Positions 19,549 to 29,497 of a DNA stretch of 61,499 nucleotides are shown piece by piece; the stretch's first letter is position 1, and every line of letters begins with the position of its first letter. The position numbers and the translations under genes were made by a program. The notes below the pieces were generated by a model. That model saw only the letters and a list, made by a program, of their open reading frames with translations. It was not told the DNA's origin and did not search any database. Source of the stretch: a virus (lineage: Duplodnaviria > Heunggongvirae > Uroviricota > Caudoviricetes); IMG/VR virus record IMGVR_UViG_3300029288_000054, positions 326,607-388,105 of that record, one strand, 5' to 3'.

Positions 19549-19703
19549 CGCCCGCTCTTTCCCGCTACTTCGGCCATGACGGACAGCTTAGCTTGTAGCT
19601 GGCCGATTTTGACGCCATTTTCTTCGGCACTACTATAACCGAAGCCATATTTCTCCTGGAGTGATTTCAAAATGACGCCGATCTCTGCACTGGTAAGTGG
19701 CAT
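19545..19703 (-). CDS. small hypothetical protein (52 aa, not in the ORF track)
   Basis: AGGAG SD; MPLTSAEIGVILKSLQEKYGFG...GKSGR; follows the 119-aa gene. Confidence 0.55.
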   Translation of the reverse strand: MPLTSAEIGVILKSLQEKYGFGYSSAEENGVKIGQLQAKLSVMAEVAGKSGR

Positions 19704-19704
19704 G

Positions 19705-20064
19705 TTATCTCCTGCGTAGACCGTCGATGATCCACGTGCCTAGAATTAGAACAGACATAGTACTGATGAACTTCTTCGCTATCCGGCGCAAGCTGAGTGG
19801 GTCGTCTGCAGATTGATACTCTTTCAATGCGGCATCCAATTCTCTTGATAATTTTCGCCAAGCCGGATCGTCTATCTCGTGCAAGTGAGTGAATAGTTTC
19901 TCGTTCTCGGCTAGTTCAGCATCGAGGCGACTGATTTCTTGGCGGCAATCAGCCAATCGGGCCGCAGACAGATTACCGCTTGCGGCTTTTTCTTTCAAAT
20001 CCCCCAGCCTGGTGGCGGTTTCCTGACATCGGATGTAGCGTCGTCTTAGCTCTTCATATCTCAT
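19705..20064 (-). CDS. hypothetical coiled-coil protein
   Basis: GAGGGA SD; helical 119-aa ORF. Confidence 0.55.
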   Translation of the reverse strand: MRYEELRRRYIRCQETATRLGDLKEKAASGNLSAARLADCRQEISRLDAELAENEKLFTHLHEIDDPAWRKLSRELDAALKEYQSADDPLSLRRIAKKFISTMSVLILGTWIIDGLRRR

Positions 20065-20137
20065 CGCGCTTCCCTCTAGATAATTATAGCACGACGGCTG
20101 TAGTCTTTAATTGCTAAGTATCGGTAGATAGGGTGTA

Positions 20138-20407
20138 CTACTTCAAAGGATACTCCGACAGAATGGTAACTTTGGCTTTCGTGAACTGCCGATATGCTGT
20201 CTTCCAAGACCGCAAATTTCGGAACCAGCCCATTTTCTCTCGAACTGGCATCCTAGATAACTGCGACGATGCGGCACGGATCATTGGAATTTCAGACTTA
20301 TCCATTGCCGAATGCTTCAAAAGAACGAGTCTTTTGCCATCGTCGTCCAAAAGGAGGAATAGTTCTGGTCTTTTCGCGGGGTCAAAATTGATAAAGAGGA
20401 GTTTCAT
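20138..20407 (-). CDS. hypothetical protein (89 aa)
   Basis: ATG ORF filling the gap; weak SD; abuts the divergent gene. Confidence 0.4.
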   Translation of the reverse strand: MKLLFINFDPAKRPELFLLLDDDGKRLVLLKHSAMDKSEIPMIRAASSQLSRMPVREKMGWFRNLRSWKTAYRQFTKAKVTILSEYPLK

Positions 20408-21772
20408 GTGGCTACCAATAAGCGTCTTGTGGAACAAGGTATTCCGCAAGGCGGATCATCACCGATAGTTGTTGTGAAAGTGCGTTCGCCTTCTAGCCCA
20501 GCTTCGGTCGGTCTAGATGTTGGTGGAAATTGTATCAAATACGAATTCATTGCTATGCTTAATGGTGGGGAACAGGTCAGAGCCAAGTTTTACGATCCCC
20601 ACTTCACTATCTACAAAAACTTTGTTGGTAACGAATACTTCGATTACAGCAGGACCGAAGTGAATTCACCAGTTGAGATACAGAGTTTTTTACGTTGGCA
20701 CGCCGATTCTGAATTGAAAACAGAACTTCAAAGCCACGCGCTAGTGACAATGGCACCATGTGGCCACACCAATGCTTCTGAAATAGAATTTCTAGCTGTC
20801 GATTACCCTTCATATATATTAGCTGGTGGTGATGCCGGTGGCTCCAGCTATCAAGGGAATGTGGCGTCAGTGGTGAAACAAGTTATAGAGAAATATAGCA
20901 AATCCAGATGTGAAGCAGTCTTTGATGGTGATACGAAGGACAGTAAGTTCAACAGGTGGTGGCAGATGCGTATGGACCCAAAGACTTTTATTATGTCTTT
21001 GCTTAATTGGTCCACAAGTCTATCAGACAATAAGACTAGATGGTATCTCTATCCAGATGGTGAAAAGCTCATTATCAAAGAGCAAGCCGCAATAACATCG
21101 CAGCATCGTGCGACCTACGAGTGGAGAGGGTTTGGAGGAACATCTGATAAGAGAACTGGTGATATTATCGACTGGGAATTCATTGGTGATAATGCTTTAC
21201 AGATGGTGAATCACCAACTAGTAACGAGCGGCATGTCTGCGGTATCTGGTGCGTACTTCGACCAGTCGCAATATAAGCAGAAGAAAGATGTAGTATTTGT
21301 TGGCGACAGACAAACTGGTAACAAATTAAAGCCAAAAGTCGATGTGACTGGCGGTTTGGCTAGGTCATATCGGAAACCAGAACACAACGCCGACCCATTA
21401 GATGAATGTGTTGGATGGAGTGATGTAGCAACAATACCTGAATTATCGGCTGGCGATATGGGTATGAAGTATCGCGATTTTATAGACGGTCAAGCACGTG
21501 GCGTCTACCTTGTATCTAGTTTTACCTTATTACGTATGCGGTTTCGTGTTATGGGGCATTATATATGGTCTGGGTCTGAGGGTTTAGGTGCCGATACTAT
21601 TGATATCACTTTGACATCATCGTTAGAACACGGACCGCCTTATTTCGTTGCCGGAAACTGGATTGTTTACGGCTTTCATCACATTTACAAGCCTGGTAGT
21701 TGGACAACTGACTTATATTGCTACAGGCTTGATAGGAATGCTACAGCAAAGGATGTTGGTAAAGGGTCATAA
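20408..21772 (+). CDS. baseplate hub protein (T4 gp27 / P2 gpD-like)
   Basis: GAGGAG SD + GTG; SYQGNVASVVKQVIEKY, WWQMRMDP, GNWIVYGFHHIYKPGSWTTDL; adjacent to tape measure. Confidence 0.65.
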   Translation: MATNKRLVEQGIPQGGSSPIVVVKVRSPSSPASVGLDVGGNCIKYEFIAMLNGGEQVRAKFYDPHFTIYKNFVGNEYFDYSRTEVNSPVEIQSFLRWHADSELKTELQSHALVTMAPCGHTNASEIEFLAVDYPSYILAGGDAGGSSYQGNVASVVKQVIEKYSKSRCEAVFDGDTKDSKFNRWWQMRMDPKTFIMSLLNWSTSLSDNKTRWYLYPDGEKLIIKEQAAITSQHRATYEWRGFGGTSDKRTGDIIDWEFIGDNALQMVNHQLVTSGMSAVSGAYFDQSQYKQKKDVVFVGDRQTGNKLKPKVDVTGGLARSYRKPEHNADPLDECVGWSDVATIPELSAGDMGMKYRDFIDGQARGVYLVSSFTLLRMRFRVMGHYIWSGSEGLGADTIDITLTSSLEHGPPYFVAGNWIVYGFHHIYKPGSWTTDLYCYRLDRNATAKDVGKGS

Positions 21773-24700
21773 TGGCAGACGATATTAATAGCTATGCTTT
21801 AAACTTGGCATTCAGCATTCAGACTGCACCAGCTATAACTGGGCTCGGTGGCGTTTTGAATGCTATTGTCAATATTCAGAAGGGGCTGCAGGACGTCGCA
21901 CAGACATTATCTGATAAAGTCACTAAAACATTAGCGTCAGTACAGAAGCAAGTAGAAGCAATTGCTACGTCCAACGAACAGATAGCGAAAACGACGACGA
22001 AATTCAGCACTGATTTCACGAAGACAAGCAAAACAATAACTACGGCGTCTAAAGACTATCATAAGATAACCCTAGAACTGGAAAAGCAAGTAAAACAATA
22101 TAAGCTACTCAATCAAGCTATCAAGACACAGGGTATTGACACTGGCGACTTCTTAGATCAGTGGCAAGAGCAAGCTGATATTGGTGAACAGATTTCATCT
22201 ACCTGGAACCGTATAAAGGGTTCTGGTAAAGAGATGGTAGGACAGGGCAAAGAACAAGCTGGTGTTGGTAATAGAGTTGCTGCTGCCTGGGTTACTGTCT
22301 ATAATGCTCTAGGTAAGACAGCAGATCAAGGCAAAGAACACGTTGGTATAGGAGGACGTATTGCTGCTGCTTTTATTAGTGCTAAAGATGCAGTTATCGA
22401 TACAGTTTTGAGTTTTGCCTCTATGCTTATTGGTATTCAAGGACTCAAGGCTGGCTTCGCCGCATTTTTAGAAGAAGAGAATAAGTTCAACACCCTCAAT
22501 TATCGCATTTATGGTACACAAAACCAGATATTGGGACAAGTTAGCAAAACGACTTCGGCATACAGATTAATGTGGAAAGAAGGTATTGCTGGATTCTCTG
22601 AGTTAGGCGCAATCATACGTTCAAATGATAACGAATTGACTGATTTTGTCACGACTAATGCTATGTACTCAAACGCACTTGGTGTCAGCCAAAAAGATCT
22701 GGCCGCTTGGCAGCGTGCTATGAAAGGTGTTGGTATAGATAGCAAGGAGCAGACGGTTCTATTAGGTAAGCAAGCCGATGCCATGTATAAACTTGGCTTA
22801 TCTGCGCAACAGATGGCTAGTCTTTTAGGTGATCAAGCTAAAACGGCCGCAGCGCTCAACATCATGTGGGGTAAAGCCGGTGTTGCCGCGATATCTGAGA
22901 TACAAGCGAATATGATGGGCTTATCTAATACTATGAATTTGCCAATGGCACAAGTTGATGCGATGCAGAAGTCGTTGAGCGAGGTTTATACGAACCAAGA
23001 TGCTGCGAACTATTATAAGAGTATAGGCAAATTATCAGAAGAAGCTGCTGCGAGAATCAGAAATGATATATCGCTGTCGAAAGAGCAACGACGAGCAGCA
23101 ATGGATCTAGCTCGTCAAAATGATGGTCTTAATCGACAAATGCAGTCGCTTGCAGATTTATATAAGAGAACTGGTGGTCAAGGAGATGAATATAACTATA
23201 CACTATTGGCCATGGAAGGCTATACACATATGTCGCGCGATGCACTAGACGGGTATGCTAGAACGCAGATGCAGCTCAACGCGACGTTGAAGGCCGGTGA
23301 AGCTCCGTTCAATATGATCACCGCTACTACAGACCAATTAACAAAGGCTATGAAGGGGCTTGAAGATGCCACAACTAAAGACATGACTGCGGAGGAGAAG
23401 AGGTCATATTATTACGAGAAATCGACCGCGACTGTGGCGAAGAGTTTCGGAAAAATGTGGGCTAACGTACAGGGCGCTTGGATGGATGCATTCAATGCCC
23501 TGAAACCGGCTATGATGTTTTTCTTAGATAACGTTCTTACGCCCATCGTTGATGGTGTCGCTTGGTTTATTAGGCTATTAGCAGGTGCTTTGCCACCAGC
23601 AAAGCAGGCAGCAGGAGCAATAGATGGTATCAATAAAGCGGCACAACCGACAGTAACCACATTAGGCTGGATGGGCGATAAACTATCGTTGTTATGGTCG
23701 TATCTTGGCCCAGTCGCTAAGGGTGCTGTTTTGTTATCTGCTGGGCTCGTGGCAATCTTTGCAGCGTTCGCTGGCGCAGCCGCCGCAATTATGATGTGGA
23801 ATTGGTTTATGAGCGTAACAAATGCACCAAAATTATTCGCAATAGCTGTAGCTGCTTTTGCTGTCGGTGCAAGTGTTTTGGCTATAGCTTTCGCAATCAA
23901 AATGTTAGCAGATCTCGATTACGGTAAGTTATGGAGTGCGGTAGGTGCACTCGCCGTTGTATTTGGTATACTGGCATTAGCGGTACTCGGTATGTCGACT
24001 GGTGTTGGAGGAGCTGCAGCAATAGCACTGGCTGGTGTGCTGTTGGGCATATCTGTGGCAGCGATGATAGCGGCTGGTGCAGCATATGTGCTGGCTTTAG
24101 CATTTGAGACTGCTGCGAACAGCATCGTAAAACTCATGGAGGTGCCCGCTAGTGATTTGCTTATCATGGGTGGTGCGTTGATTATATTCGGCGGCGAACT
24201 GTTAGCAGCAGCCGTAACAATTGGGGCTGGTGGTGCCGCGATGGCTGTTGCGTCTATTGCCTTGGGTCTTGGTATGGGCGGCTTAAGTGTGGCAATGCTC
24301 TTGATTAGCAATAATGCAATCGCTAAGATGGAGAGATTAGGTGATGGTGGTCTTGCGAACTTCGGGCGTGCACTCGTCATTGCATCGCCTGGTATTGCTA
24401 CATTTATAGCATCCATGGGGCTAGGTATCGTGTTCGCTAAAGGCATGGGCGGTCTCGCAAGTGGCTTGTCTTATCTGGCTGCCATAGATGCAGCGGCATT
24501 ACTGACAACAAGTGCTGCATTGCTGGTATTTGGCAGGGCGATTAAAATAGTTTCTGGTAGTGTCACCAACTTAGCGTCTGTGAGTGATGGAATATCGTCA
24601 TTTGGTAGTGCGATTAGCGGAGTTGTTGACGGTCTTGCATCGTCTATCGACAGCATTGCGAACGCAGTATTGATCGGTGGCTATAAGATGATGTTTGGAT

Positions 24701-25293
24701 CAATCTTATTCAGATCTTCTATTTCACCATTAGCGACAGCGGTTGATGGTTTGAATACGACAGCTAAAGCTGCTAGTAGTTTGACGCCCAGTATTACTGG
24801 GTTAGTCGACGCCGTATCACAATTACAATCAAGCGATATTATAGGTGCATTCACAGATCTCTTGTCGTCCGTTCCAGTTATCAGTAGCATCACTGATACA
24901 ATAGCGGCTGTCATTCAAGCCGGGCAAGAGAAAATACGCGCACAGATTGATGAATTAAAAACATCATTCTCGGCACTAGAGCTAATAGCAGCGAAGCTCG
25001 ATTTACCTATCGGATCATCAGAAACGGCCACCAAGAAGAAAGTGATGGCCGAGACAGTTTCGACAATACAAGTTAAGACTGAGACAAGTGGTGGCGTGTC
25101 AACACGCTGGCAGCAACAAGAGGCGCAAGCCAAACAAGTAGAGCTGATGGGGATTATTGCTGATGCTGTAAATAAACTTAGTAAAGGCAATGTCGAGGAT
25201 GTCGGTGTCATTAGAGGCTTGCTTGAAGAGCATCTTCCCAAACTCGGTGAGTCACCATCAAAACTTGGCACCAGATTAAATAGCTGGACATAA
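21772..25293 (+). CDS. tape measure protein
   Basis: 1173 aa, Ala/Gly-rich and helical with long hydrophobic stretches; between baseplate genes. Confidence 0.85.
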   Translation: MADDINSYALNLAFSIQTAPAITGLGGVLNAIVNIQKGLQDVAQTLSDKVTKTLASVQKQVEAIATSNEQIAKTTTKFSTDFTKTSKTITTASKDYHKITLELEKQVKQYKLLNQAIKTQGIDTGDFLDQWQEQADIGEQISSTWNRIKGSGKEMVGQGKEQAGVGNRVAAAWVTVYNALGKTADQGKEHVGIGGRIAAAFISAKDAVIDTVLSFASMLIGIQGLKAGFAAFLEEENKFNTLNYRIYGTQNQILGQVSKTTSAYRLMWKEGIAGFSELGAIIRSNDNELTDFVTTNAMYSNALGVSQKDLAAWQRAMKGVGIDSKEQTVLLGKQADAMYKLGLSAQQMASLLGDQAKTAAALNIMWGKAGVAAISEIQANMMGLSNTMNLPMAQVDAMQKSLSEVYTNQDAANYYKSIGKLSEEAAARIRNDISLSKEQRRAAMDLARQNDGLNRQMQSLADLYKRTGGQGDEYNYTLLAMEGYTHMSRDALDGYARTQMQLNATLKAGEAPFNMITATTDQLTKAMKGLEDATTKDMTAEEKRSYYYEKSTATVAKSFGKMWANVQGAWMDAFNALKPAMMFFLDNVLTPIVDGVAWFIRLLAGALPPAKQAAGAIDGINKAAQPTVTTLGWMGDKLSLLWSYLGPVAKGAVLLSAGLVAIFAAFAGAAAAIMMWNWFMSVTNAPKLFAIAVAAFAVGASVLAIAFAIKMLADLDYGKLWSAVGALAVVFGILALAVLGMSTGVGGAAAIALAGVLLGISVAAMIAAGAAYVLALAFETAANSIVKLMEVPASDLLIMGGALIIFGGELLAAAVTIGAGGAAMAVASIALGLGMGGLSVAMLLISNNAIAKMERLGDGGLANFGRALVIASPGIATFIASMGLGIVFAKGMGGLASGLSYLAAIDAAALLTTSAALLVFGRAIKIVSGSVTNLASVSDGISSFGSAISGVVDGLASSIDSIANAVLIGGYKMMFGSILFRSSISPLATAVDGLNTTAKAASSLTPSITGLVDAVSQLQSSDIIGAFTDLLSSVPVISSITDTIAAVIQAGQEKIRAQIDELKTSFSALELIAAKLDLPIGSSETATKKKVMAETVSTIQVKTETSGGVSTRWQQQEAQAKQVELMGIIADAVNKLSKGNVEDVGVIRGLLEEHLPKLGESPSKLGTRLNSWT

Positions 25294-25295
25294 TC

Positions 25296-25898
25296 ATGGC
25301 AGCAAATTTACTCGATATCGACACACGATTAGCTAAAGCGGTCGAATTCAAGATCGGACTTGATAACGTTCGTACTATTGAATTCCAGTTTCCGCCTAAA
25401 ATAACTACAGATAATAGATCTGGAACGTGGTCTGAAACTGAAGTACCTGGGGACCAACCGTTTCAAGCCTGGAAAACGTCTGGTGCTAGAAAATTTACGC
25501 TAGAGTGGACATATATAATCGGTGCTAATGGTTGGGATGTTACCAAAGTAAGAAATCAGATACTTACTTTGCGTGGATATTATACTGCACCATTAGAGAC
25601 AATAGTTAGTGCTTATATCATAAGATTCAAAATATGGAAACTAGGTGGTACTGACCCGATGACATGCAGGCTTGGCAATATTGATGTTTCACACGGTAAA
25701 GCCCTGTATGTTCCGACAGTAAATGGGCGACCGAATGTTTACCAGGCGCATCCAGTAATAACAAATATCAAGGTCGGTATGCAGTTGTGGTCCAGAGGCA
25801 ATGTTCCGCAAGATACGACAAATCAGTCACCACAAACGCAGCCGCCTAAGGTTGCTATCGCAGGATTGATTTCTGCAGTACCTCCAGATTGGCAATAA
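25296..25898 (+). CDS. tube-initiator / baseplate protein (P2 gpU / CIS-tube-like)
   Basis: FQFPPKITTDNRSGTWSETEVPG...SGARKFTLE; follows tape measure. Confidence 0.65.
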   Translation: MAANLLDIDTRLAKAVEFKIGLDNVRTIEFQFPPKITTDNRSGTWSETEVPGDQPFQAWKTSGARKFTLEWTYIIGANGWDVTKVRNQILTLRGYYTAPLETIVSAYIIRFKIWKLGGTDPMTCRLGNIDVSHGKALYVPTVNGRPNVYQAHPVITNIKVGMQLWSRGNVPQDTTNQSPQTQPPKVAIAGLISAVPPDWQ

Positions 25899-25906
25899 GG
25901 ATCATC

Positions 25907-26224
25907 ATGGATGCAACAGATCTGAAACAATACGTCTATTCTAGATTCAGTCAGACTGAGCATGTATTATATGACAATCAAGACACGTTCGGCAGATGGA
26001 AGAGTCCTATTACAGATTTATTGGCTAGTAGTGCGACAGCATATGTTGTAAGCAGTTCTTTTGCCGGAAGGCCAGATTTAATTGCTTATTCTTTATATGG
26101 TAATTCGTCATTAGACTGGTTAATAATAGCTATGAATAATGCTTCTGACGCCTTAAATTGGCCGAAAGTTGGTGATACGATTGTTGTTCCATCGAGATCG
26201 CTTATTGCAAGTGAATTAGTATGA
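25907..26224 (+). CDS. LysM-like baseplate protein (T4 gp53 / P2 gpX-like)
   Basis: GRPDLIAYSLYGNSSLDWLIIAMNN...GDTIVVPS. Confidence 0.8.
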   Translation: MDATDLKQYVYSRFSQTEHVLYDNQDTFGRWKSPITDLLASSATAYVVSSSFAGRPDLIAYSLYGNSSLDWLIIAMNNASDALNWPKVGDTIVVPSRSLIASELV

Positions 26225-28353
26225 ACGAAGAAAATGCTACAATCGGATTAGATCGCTTGTTGGTTAATCGAGAACGTCCTCTTAATCAGCGATTTCCCGG
26301 CATATATAGAGCATTAGTAGTGGAAACGAACGATCCACTAAATATGCATAGAGTCAGATTCAAATGCCCAGAAATGCATGATTGGGATTTGAAACCTGAG
26401 GAGTGCCCATGGGCTGTATCTCAATTCCATCTTGGCGGCAAACGTGCTGGTTCTTGGACGTCACCGTGTATCGGCGATTGGATCTGGATAGGCTTTGAGA
26501 AGCAGCATCCATATGGTCCTGTTTGGACCGGTTTTTGTACGCCAACCAGACGAAAGTTCTATCCATATCCAGCTATTTATGGTGTGACACCATTGCCGGT
26601 TGATGCGGAAGGAACCACTACTAAAACGCCAGACGATTACAACAAAGATTATCTTCCAAAAGATTCCAGACCGATGAGCACTGGCTCTTCGGACCGTTAC
26701 GGCAATCTGGACCTTAGTAGTTCTATCGGCTTCTTTCCTTCTGAGCATAAGCAGCAACCGCCGGGACCAGATAACGATCCGTTGCAATCACAAACAAGCA
26801 CAGATAGCAACGGCAGCAAAACGCCATATAAACAGACAACCTTGCCACCGGAGATGAACAACCCCGATGCCAAGTTTATGGTGCGATTGAGCAAATATGG
26901 GCATTTGCTGTTGATGGGCGACCAAGGATATCACTGGCAGATAGCTAGCGACGGATCTAATAATTCAAAATCGGATGCAGGTGAGTTCTATGGTGATGTA
27001 GAAAAAGACGAGGAATGGGAGATAGCACGTTGGAAATATCTGCAGAAGTTGATTAACGAAGATGCAGCTCATGGTGCAGATCAGCGTAGAATGATGTCGC
27101 TCACTAGATATGGCCACAAGCTAGAGATGCGCGACGTCGGATGGAACAAGACACGCGATGGCGAATACGGACAGCCTCGTAAGATATCTGACAGCACTAA
27201 TGATGAGCGATGGGTTAAATGGCGTACGAAAGGCGGCATGCTCTTCCAGATGTCCGACATCGGCTTCGATCCTATTGATGACGATTTCGTCAAGCGTAAG
27301 TTGCTTGATGAGACTGGCACGAAAACCGAGCATGAAAACCAATACTGGAAGGGTGATGCACGTTGGATACGGTGGGTCACTCGATATGGTATTAAGCTTG
27401 TGTTGGATGATCGTGGTTCCGATACAAAACACGCTGATAGCCAAGAAAATCCGCGTGCTCGTGGTGTGTTGATGAAGGGACGTCGGACACCGGGAGCACA
27501 AGGTCAGCAGGTAGAAGGAAATCCAAGAGGATTCTATTGGGAATTCAACGAACGCGATGAGCTAAACCAAACGACTTGGGGTAGTCCTCTTGGCATAACT
27601 GCTCAACTTAACGACAAATTACAATATTTCATGGTTGGCTCTAAGCCTTGGTATCCTATGCCATGGGCTGGTATCAAGGCTAACGAATTTCTTGAAGATT
27701 CGCTAGTTGCCGATGACACAGAGCAGACTTCATATCATATAAAGCTCGATTTACACAACGAATACTTGCGATTGAAAACTGCTGGCGGGCATGGCCAGCC
27801 GCCATGGGGAAATATAGTCAACCCAAGAGCACGAGTCGGTATTCAGCAGGGAATAGAGTGTAGAGATGGTAGTATGGGCGATGACCCTTGGGCTGAATTT
27901 GTCGATCTCGATGACAGGGGCTTATGGTTCTCTGGTAAGAAAAAGCTGACGGTATGCAGAGCTAGACAATATCCAGATGCCGTAAGAATTTGTTGGTGGT
28001 TTGATGAAAACAAGCGTGAAATAGTTATCAGAAATGACGAGCAGGGTAAAATCCAAATAGTCTGTGCCGGTGATGTTGAGGTGATAGCTGGCCAAGACGC
28101 CAAAGTATATGCAAATCGCAACATTTCTATGCGCAGCAACAACGCAGTTACTCTGATGGGTGGCAGCGGGATGCTTGAGATAGATTCCAACTATATCAAG
28201 ATTAATAAAGTTCTGCGATGGAAGGGATACGATTCCTTCATCCCAATCCAGCCGCCTGATGTACTTATCCCGTCTAATATACCACAGCTCGAACCGAACA
28301 ATCGCGGTGCTAGGTACAATAAGGATCTGGAGTACAACAAAGATATAAAGTGA
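26221..28353 (+). CDS. baseplate central spike (gp5/VgrG OB-fold)
   Basis: GIYRALVVETNDPLNMHRVRFKCP, PCIGDWIWIGFE, C-terminal beta-helix-like repeats. Confidence 0.8.
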   Translation: MNEENATIGLDRLLVNRERPLNQRFPGIYRALVVETNDPLNMHRVRFKCPEMHDWDLKPEECPWAVSQFHLGGKRAGSWTSPCIGDWIWIGFEKQHPYGPVWTGFCTPTRRKFYPYPAIYGVTPLPVDAEGTTTKTPDDYNKDYLPKDSRPMSTGSSDRYGNLDLSSSIGFFPSEHKQQPPGPDNDPLQSQTSTDSNGSKTPYKQTTLPPEMNNPDAKFMVRLSKYGHLLLMGDQGYHWQIASDGSNNSKSDAGEFYGDVEKDEEWEIARWKYLQKLINEDAAHGADQRRMMSLTRYGHKLEMRDVGWNKTRDGEYGQPRKISDSTNDERWVKWRTKGGMLFQMSDIGFDPIDDDFVKRKLLDETGTKTEHENQYWKGDARWIRWVTRYGIKLVLDDRGSDTKHADSQENPRARGVLMKGRRTPGAQGQQVEGNPRGFYWEFNERDELNQTTWGSPLGITAQLNDKLQYFMVGSKPWYPMPWAGIKANEFLEDSLVADDTEQTSYHIKLDLHNEYLRLKTAGGHGQPPWGNIVNPRARVGIQQGIECRDGSMGDDPWAEFVDLDDRGLWFSGKKKLTVCRARQYPDAVRICWWFDENKREIVIRNDEQGKIQIVCAGDVEVIAGQDAKVYANRNISMRSNNAVTLMGGSGMLEIDSNYIKINKVLRWKGYDSFIPIQPPDVLIPSNIPQLEPNNRGARYNKDLEYNKDIK

Positions 28354-29057
28354 TCATAGCTTATCCAACAGCCTTGTATTTTGCAGTAATCCCGCAGTCT
28401 GCGTCGGATAGCGGTAATGTTACGTATATCGTTAGCATGACGTCGCCGCCAAATGGCCCGCTGACAGAAATTCAGCTTCCTGCAGCGATAGAGTTTCGGC
28501 AGCGTGTGCCGATTGATACAAAGAAGCCAGACGGGCAGCGGGTCTATACCAATACTTTATCTAATGCATCATCTGTAGGGTCTGCGAAGAAGCAATTTGA
28601 GGTAGGACAGATTCTCGAATTTGGGGTGTCTGAGGAATCGACGTTGCAGCCTATGCTTGCTTCAAATCCTTTACAAATCAGGCATGACACCAATATATTG
28701 GATCTGTCGTCGCTCGGAGTGTCGCAGGCAGATATTACAGCAATAAACAACTCTGCAGATAGCCAATTTACGACTCTCAATACCGAGTTAAGTGTCGTCA
28801 GGCAGGCTAGGATCGATACTGAAACTGACATCACAGAGAATCAGAAGAACCAGAATGAAACTAAGAAGGCTATAGCCGCACTTGAGCAGTTGGTTCAGTC
28901 CGATCCGTCGTTGCAGTCCGTTTTGGATTCTCTCAAGTCGAAGTTGGCCTTGTTCGTGACACAGATGAACGCTTTGGTTGTCATTGCCAATGAGCAGGCG
29001 AGCAATGCGACAGACTTGGAAAACAGAATTTTGGCAGTGGCACAGATGGTGAGATGA
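28350..29057 (+). CDS. hypothetical protein with C-terminal coiled coil
   Basis: GTGA-coupled ORF in the baseplate operon. Confidence 0.6.
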   Translation: MIIAYPTALYFAVIPQSASDSGNVTYIVSMTSPPNGPLTEIQLPAAIEFRQRVPIDTKKPDGQRVYTNTLSNASSVGSAKKQFEVGQILEFGVSEESTLQPMLASNPLQIRHDTNILDLSSLGVSQADITAINNSADSQFTTLNTELSVVRQARIDTETDITENQKNQNETKKAIAALEQLVQSDPSLQSVLDSLKSKLALFVTQMNALVVIANEQASNATDLENRILAVAQMVR

Positions 29058-29497
29058 TGAAAGCAACCTATTACGGCTTCAATCCGCCTTTCCTTAGTGC
29101 CGTGCAGACCTTTGCAAATACGAGTCAGTCGGACCCAGAGCCCAATCGCTATCGCGGTATATTACCACGACAGTCTGATCTTCGTCTCGTGAAAAACGAC
29201 GTATTGCAATTACTGCTTACGATTCCAGGCGAACGTGTTCAGAGGCCGAGATTTGGGACGACTCTGCGATCTACTGTATTCGAGCCAATGACAGATGAGG
29301 TATTGGCCGATCTGCGTACTAATATATTGACAGCACTAAGCACCAACGAACCGAGATTGATCAACGTCGATGTTCAACTAGAGACTGTTCCTGCGGATTT
29401 GCTGCTGAAAGTAACAGTAACAGGTAATATGAGTTACGCACCGACAGAACAGTTCTTGTTGAACACTTCGATACCAGCCCCTGGAGCTGCGATATGA
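29054..29497 (+). CDS. baseplate wedge / sheath initiator gp25-like
   Basis: LLLTIPGERVQRPRFGTTLRSTVFEP, NEPRL. Confidence 0.9.
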   Translation: MMKATYYGFNPPFLSAVQTFANTSQSDPEPNRYRGILPRQSDLRLVKNDVLQLLLTIPGERVQRPRFGTTLRSTVFEPMTDEVLADLRTNILTALSTNEPRLINVDVQLETVPADLLLKVTVTGNMSYAPTEQFLLNTSIPAPGAAI

